Assembly: GCA_963815115.1 (NCBI GenBank)
Contig: CAWFFN010000007.1
Coordinates: forward strand, 1,173,147-1,237,146
Direction: 5' to 3'
DNA from: an uncultured delta proteobacterium
Lineage (GTDB): Bacteria; Desulfobacterota; Binatia; DP-6
DNA: 64,000 nucleotides
Under the pieces are notes generated by a model. The model did not search any database, was not told the DNA's origin, and worked only from the letters and a program-made list of their open reading frames with translations. Position 1 is the stretch's first letter. Each line of letters opens with the position of its first letter. Below, one piece after another: positions 9,466-19,108 of the stretch. A program made the position numbers and the translations under genes.

Positions 9466-10101
9466 ATGACGTCGAGAGTCGTCGGGTCGGTCGTCTCGTT
9501 GCTCGTGCTGCTGTGGGCCACGCCGGGGCACGCAGTCTTCGACCTGGCTCACACCGGCAGTACAACCCTGTCGGCTCCGCCGCGCAGCGAGTGTACGTCG
9601 AAGAAGCTCGAGATCGCCGGCAAGAAGCTGCGCGACGAGATGAACTGCCACTCGAAGGCGGTGAACAAGGGCGAGCCGCTCGACGGCGAATGCCTGAGCA
9701 AGGTCGAGACGAAGTTCAGCGAGACCTGGGCCAAGGAGGAAGGCAAGGGCGGGTGCCTCACCACGGGTGATGCGGCGGGCATCGAAGGAACGATCGACGG
9801 CTTCATCGGCGAAGTCGTGGGTGACCTCGTGCGAGCGCACACCAAGAGCAAGTGCACCTCGAAGAAACTCGGGCTGATCGGCAAGAAGGCGCAGTCACTC
9901 GCGAAGTGCCACGCGAAGGCCCTCGACAAGGGCCTCGTCGTGGACGAGGAGTGCCTCCAGAAGGCCAGCGACACGTTCGCCAAAGGCTGGCCGAAGGCCG
10001 AGAAGGAGGCCGACTGCCAGGCGGGCCCCGGTGATCTCGCGCACATCGAGGGCGAGGTCGACGAGCTCGTCGAGGGGCTCGTCGATTTGCTGGTGCCGTA
10101 G
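9466..10101 (+). CDS. Secreted protein with two ~80-aa Cys/Lys-rich helical repeats
   Basis: GAGGAGG RBS and signal peptide. Repeats SECTSKKL...CHSKA...ECLSK...C and SKCTSKKL...CHAKA...ECLQK...C. Confidence 0.8.
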   Translation: MTSRVVGSVVSLLVLLWATPGHAVFDLAHTGSTTLSAPPRSECTSKKLEIAGKKLRDEMNCHSKAVNKGEPLDGECLSKVETKFSETWAKEEGKGGCLTTGDAAGIEGTIDGFIGEVVGDLVRAHTKSKCTSKKLGLIGKKAQSLAKCHAKALDKGLVVDEECLQKASDTFAKGWPKAEKEADCQAGPGDLAHIEGEVDELVEGLVDLLVP

Positions 10102-10405
10102 CGTCGACATCTCCCCATGGCACCCCGCGGGTCGCGCCGCGTCGCCGGGGTCATGCCAACGACGGCAGCTGGCGCGGCCGGCGGCGGACCCGCTGGTGGC
10201 GGTCGCGGGCGAAGGCGTCACCGCGTCTCGCCGGCGCCCCGTGCAGCGTTCGTACTGCAGCCGCCTTCCCGGGTGCAACCGCCCGGCTGCGGCGATTGCA
10301 CGCTCGAGACCCGTCCAGCGTGCGAGTTCACGCGGTTCGGGCCGAAGTCCGGATCTTGCTTGGGAACTCGGGGCCGATGCCGAGGAACCGCACGCGACGC
10401 CACCC

Positions 10406-10840
10406 ATGAGCGGGAGCGACGCCGCCACGCCAGGACCGTCCCGGCCGCGGCCGCGCCCGGCATCGCGCCAACGCGCCCGTCGATGGCGGGCGGTGCACGT
10501 CGCCACCGGTGCGCTCGTCGCCCTCCACTTTTCGGTGCTCGTGGCGGCGTTCCCGGACATCATGGTGACCAACGACTCGGCGTTTCACGTCGCCCTCGCA
10601 CGGCAGTACGCGGAGCACGGGACCTACTTCTGGGACACGATCCACTACGCGCCTGCACACCGGCCCAACCTCCAGGGCCCCGCGGTGCATATGGCGACCG
10701 GCTTGCTCGGCCGCCTCCTCGGCGGCTCGGGTGACGACTACGTCCGCGCCAATGTATTGCTCGCCCTGGCCGGCTGGCTCGCAGCCGTCGGCACGGTCGT
10801 CTTCTGTGCGCTGGCCATCAGCGACGCGGCGACCCCGTAG
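10406..10840 (+). pseudogene. N-terminal fragment of a GT-C-like membrane glycosyltransferase
   Basis: TM helix followed by NDSAFHVALARQYAEHG...WD...YAP...P, a second TM, then an early stop. Confidence 0.45.
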
Positions 10841-11161
10841 TCTCCCGAGACCCCTGCGCCGGCGACGCGTCTCGCAACGCGGCCATGCCATCGCCGGCGC
10901 AGGGACGACCGAGAACGGCACGTATCCTCACGCGGGCCCCGCGGCACGACAGCCGGGGACCGATGACGGCTGCGTATCGCCGTAGCGCGCCTCGTCGTTG
11001 AAGACCTCGGGAGACGCCATCACCGGGAGGCCTGACGGTGTCGGCCCCGCCCCTTGATATCCCTGTGCCCATGGAGTTATCTAGGTCCGTGCCCGGCGGC
11101 ACCGGTCGAGGCCTGTCGGCGTTCGACCCTCAGACGCTGCAGGGCTTTTGCATCGGAATTC

Positions 11162-12112
11162 ATGAACCATCACCTCGCGCTGACCACGGTCCGACATCTT
11201 TGGGCCGTGAGACCGATGCTGGTCGGCTTGCGTAGCTACCTGCCGCTCACCCTGTCGTCGCTGGCGGTTCCGCTGCGTGAACCGGGAGGGACCGTCTCGG
11301 CGCGCTACTGCTACAGCGTTTGGCTGCGGCATCTATGCCAGGCACAGAGGTACGGGCTCAACACGTCCCCGAGCGTGGTCGCCGAGCTGGGTCCCGGCGG
11401 CTCGATCGGCGTCGGGCTGGCGGCGTTGCTGACCGGCGCCGAACGCTACTACGCGCTCGACGCGGTGCCTCGCGCGTCGGACGTGCGGAACCAGACGGTA
11501 CACCGCGACCTGGTGCAATTGCTGGCGGCGCGCACCGACATCCCGGACGAGAGAGAGTTTCCCCGTTTGCACCCATCGCTGCCGGCGTACGACTTTCCCA
11601 GAGGCATCCTGACCGACGAGCGGCTGGTCGCCTCGGGCCGCGAGCTTCCGGCGTCTGCGATCACCTACATCTGCCCCTGGGAACGGATCGATGCCGTCCG
11701 ACCCGCGTCGGTCGATTGGGTCATTTCCCAGGCCGTGCTGGAACACGTCGACGACCTGGATCTCGTCTACCGGGCGATGGCTTCGTGGCTCAGGCCTTGG
11801 GGAGTGATGTCGCACGAGATCGACTTCAAGAGCCACGGGACCGCGCCGGCGTGGAATGGCCATTGGGCCTATGGAAACCGGACCTGGACGCTGATCAGGG
11901 GGAAGCGTCCGTACCTGATCAACCGCGAACCACTCGGCACACATCTTCGACTGTTGGCGAAGCACGGCTTCGAGGTGCGGCACGTCGCACGCTTCACGAT
12001 GCCGAGCACGCTGGAACGGAGCGAGCTCGCCGGGCCGTTCCGAGGCATCAGCGACGAAGATCTCGCCACCAGTGGCGCGTACATCCTCGCGGTCAAGATC
12101 CCCCGGCAGTGA
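11162..12112 (+). CDS. Class I SAM-dependent methyltransferase
   Basis: VAELGPG, VDWVISQAVLEHV, LRPWGVMSHEIDFKSH. Confidence 0.8.
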   Translation: MNHHLALTTVRHLWAVRPMLVGLRSYLPLTLSSLAVPLREPGGTVSARYCYSVWLRHLCQAQRYGLNTSPSVVAELGPGGSIGVGLAALLTGAERYYALDAVPRASDVRNQTVHRDLVQLLAARTDIPDEREFPRLHPSLPAYDFPRGILTDERLVASGRELPASAITYICPWERIDAVRPASVDWVISQAVLEHVDDLDLVYRAMASWLRPWGVMSHEIDFKSHGTAPAWNGHWAYGNRTWTLIRGKRPYLINREPLGTHLRLLAKHGFEVRHVARFTMPSTLERSELAGPFRGISDEDLATSGAYILAVKIPRQ

Positions 12113-12235
12113 ACCACGCCGCCGTCGCGTGATGCGACCCGCCCGTCGATCGTCCCGACCCCCGGTGGCCCCGAGTCATCCCTGGCACCCCGGGCCACCC
12201 ATTGTGCGCTCCCTCGTGGCTCCTCATCGAAGGGA

Positions 12236-13153
12236 CTAGTTGGCTGCGCCTTCGATCAATACTTCCATCACGACCACGTCACCAGATCTGGTCGCGACGT
12301 CACACGTCCAGGCACTGGTGCCCGCTGCGAGCTTGGCGTGCGATGTCTCATGGGTGGCCTTGTTCAAGCACAGCACAACGCCCTTCCGCACGGTTATCCC
12401 ACCGACTGCACCGCTGATCTTACACTTGCCCGCGCTGCCGGCATTGACGATGGCCTGAACGTCCGCGGCAGTGAGCGCACGGTTGTAGACGGCCAGGTCA
12501 TCAACGCCACCAGCGAAGTACCGGATCCCGGTCTGGGAGCCGATCCGGAACTGGGTGGGGACCGCGGGACCGATGGTGGACGTGTTCGGCGTTTGGACGC
12601 CGTCGACGTAAAACATCGTCGTCCCGGATTCCCGTACCATCGCTACATGGTACCACTGGTTGGCCGCGGGGAACGTGTAGCCGCTATCAAACCAGGCGAT
12701 GCCGGGGAAGAGCCCCTGCAGATTGCTGCCCACGCCGCCGGTGCCATCCCCCACTCCGAACGCATACCCATCACCAGTGACACCATCGTCCGCACCGTTG
12801 CTCACCGCAATGCCCAGCTGGGGGAGAGTCGCAGGGTTGATCCAAGCCTCCAGGGTCCAGTCGTCAGTGGCGGTGAGGGGGACGCTCTCGAAGGAGACGT
12901 AATCGTCTACCCCATCAAAACCAAACGCCTGACCGACCATGCCCGGGGCAAACGTCGCACCATTCAGCACCCCGTCATTGCCATTCTGAACGTCATTGGC
13001 ACTTCCATCCCCTGGCCAAAGGCTCACGAGACCTGCAGGAGGGATGACACAGCCCTGCGCCGGCGCGGGGCGGGCGAGAGCGAAGGCAGCGAAGACAAGG
13101 AGAGCCACGACACCGAACCTCCGCGCCACGGCGCCTTGCTTGATAGCAGTCAT
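12236..13153 (-). CDS. Secreted LamG/concanavalin-A-like domain protein
   Basis: Signal peptide; GLVSLWPGDGSAND, GMVGQAFGFDGVDDYV, WTLEAWINP, QWYHVAMV, FYVDG, FAGGVDDLAVYNRALTAADVQAI. Confidence 0.85.
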   Translation of the reverse strand: MTAIKQGAVARRFGVVALLVFAAFALARPAPAQGCVIPPAGLVSLWPGDGSANDVQNGNDGVLNGATFAPGMVGQAFGFDGVDDYVSFESVPLTATDDWTLEAWINPATLPQLGIAVSNGADDGVTGDGYAFGVGDGTGGVGSNLQGLFPGIAWFDSGYTFPAANQWYHVAMVRESGTTMFYVDGVQTPNTSTIGPAVPTQFRIGSQTGIRYFAGGVDDLAVYNRALTAADVQAIVNAGSAGKCKISGAVGGITVRKGVVLCLNKATHETSHAKLAAGTSAWTCDVATRSGDVVVMEVLIEGAAN

Positions 13154-13345
13154 GCCAGCCTCCAGTCTGCCCATTCTGGGCGCTGGCAGACAACAGAACG
13201 TTCAGGCTCTTATGGGTCAAGCGCCTGGCTGCGGAAGGCGCGGGGCCCGTGGGCGCGCCGGGCGGCTCGTCAGGACCGCGCCGGCGCACTCGCCGGCGCC
13301 CACATCGATGCTCGACGCGCTCGACCCGGCCAGCGAGATGCCGGG

Positions 13346-16300
13346 TCACAGCGTGGCGAGGATGGCGTCGACCTGCGTCGTCAGGATCTGGAGGCACTCG
13401 GCGGTCGTCGCGCCAGGCTTGTGTCGCCCGATCTTGCCGAGCGCCGTGCTCGCCTTGTCGAGCAGTCGCTGCTGCCGTTTCGGTTTGGTCGCCTGCGCGG
13501 CCTTCCGTACCAGGTCGAGGGCTCGCTGGAGCTTCCCGGTCGCGAACCCTTCCAGCTTGGGATCGATCGTGCCCGCCGGGCAGAGCGGCTCGGCGAGCGC
13601 CGCCGCGAGCAGGCACTCGGCGCCCTGGAGGCCAGCGGCGGCCACATGCTGGCAGCCGGCGGGGGTGCAGTCGTCCCCGGTACAGGCGTTGCCGTCATCG
13701 CAGTCCTCGTCTGCCTGACAGGCCGGCGACGAGGTGCTGGTGGTCGTGGACGCCGGCGTCGTCGTCGTGCTGGTGGTCGTGGACGCGGGCGTCGACGTCG
13801 TGCTGGTCGTCGTGGGAGGGTCCGGCGTGATCGTGGTGCTCGTCGTCGACGGGGGGACGGTCGTCGTGGTCGTCGTGGCTGCGCCGCAGGGACCGACATC
13901 ATCCGGCACGAGCGCACGAATCGGGACGGCGGCGCTGTCGACACCGTCGAAGGTGACGATGAGCGTGTCGTCGAACGGCTCGTTCAGGACCACGACGCCT
14001 GCTCCGCTCGGCGCGGCACTCCCGGTCGCGAAGGTCAGGACGAGGTCTGGCTGCTCCGACAGGTCTCGTGCCACGCCGTCCTCGTAGTGTCCGGTGATCT
14101 CCAGCGACGTCGTGGTGCATGGTTGCAGGTGAACGACCGGTGGATAGACCGTGATGCTGTTCAGCGCCGACGGAACGGTCACGTCGACGGTCACGCCGTC
14201 GCTCACGGCCACCAGCCTCCCGGAGGCGTCGAGGCCACCGGCGACCAGGTTCTGCAGCCCGATGGCCTTCTCGGGAACCTCGAGCTCGAAGTGTGCGTCC
14301 GGCCCGGTCTGCTCCGCCAGCACCATGTCGTCACCCGGCTGGCTCATGACGAGGAGGACCGTCGCGATGTCCGGGCTGCCAGTCACCTCGACGACGATCG
14401 ACTCGCCGGGCGTGGCGGTGGTGCCGGACGCAGGGCTCGTGATCGAGATGCTCGTGGCGACCGCGCTGCTCGTCGCACCCGTGCTCCTCGCCGCCCCCAA
14501 CCTTCTCGCGCCCGACAGCACGGAGCAGAACGACGGGGTCGCGTACGACAGCGGGGCGGGCGAGTAGCCGGCGCGCGTGAAGCTGCTCGAGTCGTCCGGC
14601 TCGTTGAGTAGCTCCTTCACCCGATCGATCACGTCGACGTTCGCGACCGGCCCCTTGATGAAGGGGTCCACCGCCATGTGCGGCTGGTTCGAAAAGCGCG
14701 ACTCGAGCGACCCGCTGAGCCCGCCGTCCTGGCTGGTGGCGGAGACGATGAGGTCGTACTGGCTGGAGTCGAAGACGTCGTTCACGAACGAGACACCACA
14801 GGCCTGCGCCACCTTCGCGATGACGAACCCTGCCGAGCCACCGGCAAGGCCGAAAGGGGACAGGTCCGGGAGACCGGCCAGGTCGACGACGGTGGCCACG
14901 GCGTGCACGGCGACATCGGTGGGATGCACGCCGAGGTTCAGGGAGTCGGTGGTCGCGGGGCTCGTGACCTGCATGTCCTCGACGGCACCGTTGTGGCATC
15001 CGCGATCTGGCTGCCCCGTGGCGCTCAGCGCGATCGAGAGCATGTTGCAGACGAGGCCCGGCGGGTCGAAGGTGCGGTCGAGGATCAGGTTGGCCATGTG
15101 CGATCCTGCGTGCGGCGTGTTGGAGGTGATGAGCCGGCGCACCTCGTGCTCGTAGCCGGGATCCTGGAGGTAGAGCCGGCCGAGGACCCCACCCATGCTG
15201 TGCGCGACCAGGTCCACCTTCCCGGCCGCGAGCCCTGCCTCGGCACAGTCCTGGATGGCCGTGCGAATGGCAACGGGGATGATCGGGCGGTTGAAGGCGA
15301 ACGAGGCATCGTTGGAACGGCCGTAGTCGAGGCGGAAGAGCTGGAACGGCTCGTAGTTCGATCCCGCGAGCGTCTGCTCCATGTCCGCGAAGGCGCTCGC
15401 GTCGCTCCACAGGCCGTGGATCATCAGCACGGGTGTCCGGTAGACACGAACCTCGAGGATGTCCCCGAGCCGTTCACCGGCACCGGGGTTTCGCTGGTCG
15501 AGGTAGAAGATCCCGATCCTGATCACGCGGAACTTGTCGTTCATGTCCGGCGGCGTCGTCGGGTGCGTGTAGTTGAAACGGACGAAGTCGGAGCGGCGAT
15601 CGGTCGCGAGCACCGAGCCGTAGAAGTCGGGATCGGGGTTCGCGATCGGCTGAAAGGCGTCGTCGAGAAAGTGCGGGGTCGGGTCGGTGAGCGTGGTCTG
15701 GCAGGAGCCCTCGACGACCCGGGTGACGTCGAAGATCGACGACTGCGTTCCGTCGGCGGCAACCTGGAAGGTCGGACGGGGGAACTCGACGGCCGCACAA
15801 CCATCCTGGAGCAGGCGCTCATGGTTGAACAGGGGGTGGTTCTCGATGCGGAACCGATGCTGGATGCGATCGTGGATGCAGGATCCGCACGCCGGGTCCT
15901 CCTCCGGGGGGATGGGCGGCAGGGTGCTCGTCGTCGTGGAGGGGCTCGGTGTGGTCGTCTGTGTGGGGCCGAGCGTCGTCGTGGTGCTCGTCGTGGTCGT
16001 CGACGTCGTGCTGCTGGTGCTGGTGGTCGAGGGTGGAGACGTCGTCGTGGTCGTCACTCCGACGGGGCAGAAGCTGAGGTTGTCTGGTTCTATGACGAGG
16101 AGCGGAACCGGCGCGCTCTCGATGCCGTCGAGGGTGACGGTGAGCGTGTCGTCGAGTCCCACGTTGTCCACCACGGTGTGCGTTCCGGCCCGCTGGGCGT
16201 TGCCCTCTGCGAAGATGAAGGTCAGGCCGAACTCCAACGACAGGTCGCGCGCCGAGCCGTCGTCGAAGTGCCCGACGATGTCGAGCACCACCACCTCGCA

Positions 16301-16435
16301 CCGTCGCAGGTGGACGGTTGGGGGATCGACCGTGATGCTCTCCAGCGCCGAGGCGCCAGCGAGCGAGCGGAAGGAAACGAGCAGGAGCGCCGCAGCGATG
16401 ATGGCGACCATCCACGGGGTCGAGCGATGAATCAT
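13346..16435 (-). CDS. Large secreted alpha/beta hydrolase (PGAP1/lipase-like) with duplicated Ig-like domains and Thr-rich linkers
   Basis: Signal peptide; PVLMIHGLWS, VDLVAHSMGG, TPHAGS, DLIVSATSQ. Two ~95-aa repeats (ALESITVDPP.../ALNSITVYPP...), poly-Thr linkers, C-terminal CDDGNACTGDDC repeat. Confidence 0.85.
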   Translation of the reverse strand: MIHRSTPWMVAIIAAALLLVSFRSLAGASALESITVDPPTVHLRRCEVVVLDIVGHFDDGSARDLSLEFGLTFIFAEGNAQRAGTHTVVDNVGLDDTLTVTLDGIESAPVPLLVIEPDNLSFCPVGVTTTTTSPPSTTSTSSTTSTTTTSTTTTLGPTQTTTPSPSTTTSTLPPIPPEEDPACGSCIHDRIQHRFRIENHPLFNHERLLQDGCAAVEFPRPTFQVAADGTQSSIFDVTRVVEGSCQTTLTDPTPHFLDDAFQPIANPDPDFYGSVLATDRRSDFVRFNYTHPTTPPDMNDKFRVIRIGIFYLDQRNPGAGERLGDILEVRVYRTPVLMIHGLWSDASAFADMEQTLAGSNYEPFQLFRLDYGRSNDASFAFNRPIIPVAIRTAIQDCAEAGLAAGKVDLVAHSMGGVLGRLYLQDPGYEHEVRRLITSNTPHAGSHMANLILDRTFDPPGLVCNMLSIALSATGQPDRGCHNGAVEDMQVTSPATTDSLNLGVHPTDVAVHAVATVVDLAGLPDLSPFGLAGGSAGFVIAKVAQACGVSFVNDVFDSSQYDLIVSATSQDGGLSGSLESRFSNQPHMAVDPFIKGPVANVDVIDRVKELLNEPDDSSSFTRAGYSPAPLSYATPSFCSVLSGARRLGAARSTGATSSAVATSISITSPASGTTATPGESIVVEVTGSPDIATVLLVMSQPGDDMVLAEQTGPDAHFELEVPEKAIGLQNLVAGGLDASGRLVAVSDGVTVDVTVPSALNSITVYPPVVHLQPCTTTSLEITGHYEDGVARDLSEQPDLVLTFATGSAAPSGAGVVVLNEPFDDTLIVTFDGVDSAAVPIRALVPDDVGPCGAATTTTTTVPPSTTSTTITPDPPTTTSTTSTPASTTTSTTTTPASTTTSTSSPACQADEDCDDGNACTGDDCTPAGCQHVAAAGLQGAECLLAAALAEPLCPAGTIDPKLEGFATGKLQRALDLVRKAAQATKPKRQQRLLDKASTALGKIGRHKPGATTAECLQILTTQVDAILATL

Positions 16436-16683
16436 GGGGCAACGCCAACGCAAGCCGCATGCCCGGCCACGGGGGCGGAAAAAGCCCAACGAAAACGCCG
16501 GAGCTCGCCCGCGGCATGCCGTCGAAGCCGCAGCGGGATGGTGCCGCCGGCAACCTCTTGTTGCCGCACCGACCGGGCCGCCGAGGGCTAGCTGCCGCGA
16601 GGGCCGGCTAGCAGCGGCCGCCGTGTCCCGGCGTGGTCGCCGCCACGCCGGGGAGGTGACTTGCTTGGCGGTCGTTCAGGCGG

Positions 16684-17064
16684 TCATTTGACCGGAACCA
16701 GCACCGGAGCTCCCTTGTCCTTCACCAAGAGCACCAGGAATTTCGCCGGCTTGGTGCTACTCGCGTTCCGACCGACGACATGGACGTCGTCCGGGCCCTC
16801 GTAAAACGTCTGTCCTGGCGTCAGCGTCGTTTCTTTTCCGCCCTTGACCTGCATCACGACGGAGCCCTCCAGGACGTAGATGAACCCATGTGCGTTGTGC
16901 CGGTGGACGGGGTCGGACCCGCCGGGGGGATACTCCACCGTGATCATCAGACCTTCCTTGCCGGGAAGGTCCGTCAGGTCTTTCGACAGGAGCGAGGTGA
17001 CGCTAGGCTCCTGGGCCATCAACGCGCCGGGTACGAGACAGAGCAGCAGCAATAGTCCTTTCAC
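16684..17064 (-). CDS. Cupin domain protein
   Basis: VEYPPGGSDPVHRHNAHGFIYVLEGS, GQTFYEGPDDVH; signal-like N-terminus. Confidence 0.9.
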   Translation of the reverse strand: MKGLLLLLCLVPGALMAQEPSVTSLLSKDLTDLPGKEGLMITVEYPPGGSDPVHRHNAHGFIYVLEGSVVMQVKGGKETTLTPGQTFYEGPDDVHVVGRNASSTKPAKFLVLLVKDKGAPVLVPVK

Positions 17065-17822
17065 GGTTTGCCTCCTGGTCTTGGCCGGCTGAGCCAGTCC
17101 GCGAAACGTGTCGGGCCGAGGCGCGGGTGATCGCCGGGGGTGAGGCTTTGATCGTTCACCGTGATGCCGAAGTAGAGCGCCTTGGGATCGGTGATCACCG
17201 TCCGTGCGTCCCCGGTTGCTTTCAGGAATTGCCGCACGAGGTCGTCTTGCCGAATCGGTTCGGGACCGGCCAGATCGAACGTGCCGTTCAACGGCTCGGC
17301 GAGGGCCACATCGGCCATGGCGGCGGCGACGTCATCCGACGCAATGGGCTGCATCAGAGCCGGTGGAAGCCGAACCGTCTGCCCTTCAGTCGCCGATTGG
17401 GCGATGCCGCCCACGAAGTCGAAGAACTGCGTAGCACGCACGATCGTGTAAGGAATCGGGGAAGCCTTGATCAGTTTTTCCTGGGCCAGCTTCGCGCGGA
17501 AGTAACCACTCGCGAGCAGGCGTTCGGTGCCGACGACCGACAACGCCACATGATGGCCGACGCCCGCGGCAGCTTCCGCGGCGAGGAGGGTGCGACCTGA
17601 CGTCTCAAAGAACGCCAGGACTGCGTCGTCCTCCCACGAAGGCGCATTCGCGACATCGACGACCACCTGAGCGCCGGCGAGCGCTGGCGCCAGTCCCTCG
17701 CCAGTGACGGTGTTGACACCCGATGCCGGTGATGCCGCCACCACCTCATGGCCGTGCTGACGAAGGTTCATCACGACCTTTGTCCCAATGAGCCCGCTTC
17801 CGCCGATGACCACGATTTTCAT
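17061..17822 (-). CDS. NmrA/SDR family NAD(P)-binding oxidoreductase
   Basis: MKIVVIGGSGLIG, HHVALSVVG, GYFRAKLAQE, YTIVRATQFF. Confidence 0.9.
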   Translation of the reverse strand: MKIVVIGGSGLIGTKVVMNLRQHGHEVVAASPASGVNTVTGEGLAPALAGAQVVVDVANAPSWEDDAVLAFFETSGRTLLAAEAAAGVGHHVALSVVGTERLLASGYFRAKLAQEKLIKASPIPYTIVRATQFFDFVGGIAQSATEGQTVRLPPALMQPIASDDVAAAMADVALAEPLNGTFDLAGPEPIRQDDLVRQFLKATGDARTVITDPKALYFGITVNDQSLTPGDHPRLGPTRFADWLSRPRPGGKP

Positions 17823-18204
17823 CGTTGCCCCCTTTCGTTCGTCCCCCGAAGCCCCCACCGTGCCGATCGGTTGTCGTGTACCGTCCTGTGACACGGTCCT
17901 CCTCGACGCCCAGCGCCATCCCCGGCAGCCGATGCTGGATCAGAAACGGAGGGCGCTGCAAGTGGCGGCGGGGCGATCGATCAGCCGAGTGCAGGATGAC
18001 GAGTACGGCGAACCAGGTGGCCCCCGCGGGATGCGCGCGACGTCGCGTCGGGGTGGGTGAAGCATCACCGTCGCCAGTACGCGGATCCGCGCCACGCCGG
18101 TCCGGCGCGCGGAAGCAGGTCCGGGCACGGGTTGATTGGCGGGCGTCCTGTTCGGAGGTGACCCGTGCCCATACGGCATGCTGATGCCGGGCGCCGATAC
18201 TGTT

Positions 18205-18228
18205 AGCGGAGGGGGGGAGATTCGAACT
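18205..18228 (-). mobile_element. att-like scar: 3' end of a tRNA-Ser-like gene (T-arm and acceptor 3' strand only)
   Basis: Minus strand reads AGTTCGAATCTCCCCCCCTCCGCT(A); no D-arm or anticodon arm upstream. Confidence 0.6.
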
Positions 18229-18510
18229 TCGAGGGGAGCAGGAGGGCGCCCAACCCCATAGCAGCGTAACTCCGGAGACTTCCGAACGGAACGAGGCCAA
18301 ATCGGGGCGGCGGCCCAATCCCAAAACGGCCCGCCGGAACCCAACTTGACCCAGAAAAGCGGGAACGGTTCCCGACTCCGGCAACTACGAGGCGACCAAG
18401 GACACGTTCGAAGGGTTGAACCAGACCGGCTGCCCGCTCAACTGAACGTTCGGTGCGGCGCCACGTCGAGGGGTCGGGCGGTAGCCGCCTGGCCCCCCGA
18501 CGGTGTGGCT

Positions 18511-18890
18511 GTTCATCGGGAACCACGTGGTTGATCAGTCCGAGCTCGTAGGCGCGCTTCGCGGGCAGGTCCTCGCCGCAGATGAGCATCTCGGCGCCAC
18601 CGCGTAGCCGATCTGCGGCAACTGCCTGGACGACGACGGGAACGGGCTGATCGACGCCGAGGATCCGGCGTGCTGCAGCACGGTCCAGCCCTCAGCGTCA
18701 CGCAGCGTGTCGAACGCCGGGACCGCGGTCGCCGACGGATAGCCGAAGACTTGGCCATCGTCGTGCAGCGCCTCCGCGAGCGACCCGCGGAAGCTCGCCT
18801 CGTCGACGAGGATGATCGTGACGGTCTGCTTGCGCGTGGCGAGGTCGAGACCGGTGCCGTGGGGCTTCGTCGTCTCGAAGAGAATGAACA
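18511..18890. pseudogene. Mosaic of four fragments: enoyl-CoA hydratase (-), Cys/Asp-rich repeat (+), response regulator receiver (-), histidine kinase HATPase (-)
   Basis: EMLICGEDLPAKRAYELGLINHVVP (-, 18511-18615); CGNCLDDDGNGLIDAEDPACC (+, 18611-18676); TIILVDEASFRGSLAEALHDDG (-); TTKPHGTGLDLA (-). Confidence 0.6.
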
Positions 18891-19108
18891 GGTAGCGACA
18901 CTCTGGCGTTCGCCCGGGCACCCGCCATCAGGAATGGTTGCGATGCGCCAGGGCGGTGCGTAGCATTCCCGCGCATGCTCGCTCATCCCAGGGCGAGGCA
19001 CCCTGCTCCTCGCGTGCCATGCGATCGATCGGGGCTTCGGATCGCCCTGGCGACACTCTGGCACACCACGGCGATCGGCACCGACGCGGGTGCAGCGGTG
19101 CCGAGCTG

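Noticed and set aside
9466-10101. c-type cytochrome call for the Cys-rich protein
   Set aside because: The CH dipeptides lack the upstream Cys of CxxCH.
13730-13880. GTCGTCGTG-type short tandem repeats (also 15925-16055) as a possible CRISPR or VNTR
   Set aside because: They encode poly-Thr linkers; there is no constant repeat-spacer structure and no cas genes. No CRISPR array was seen in the window.
12338-16591. 757-aa and 637-aa plus-strand ORFs
   Set aside because: Shadows of the LamG and lipase genes on the minus strand.
18205-18290. Full tRNA gene
   Set aside because: Only the T-loop and acceptor 3' strand are present; no cloverleaf can be formed.
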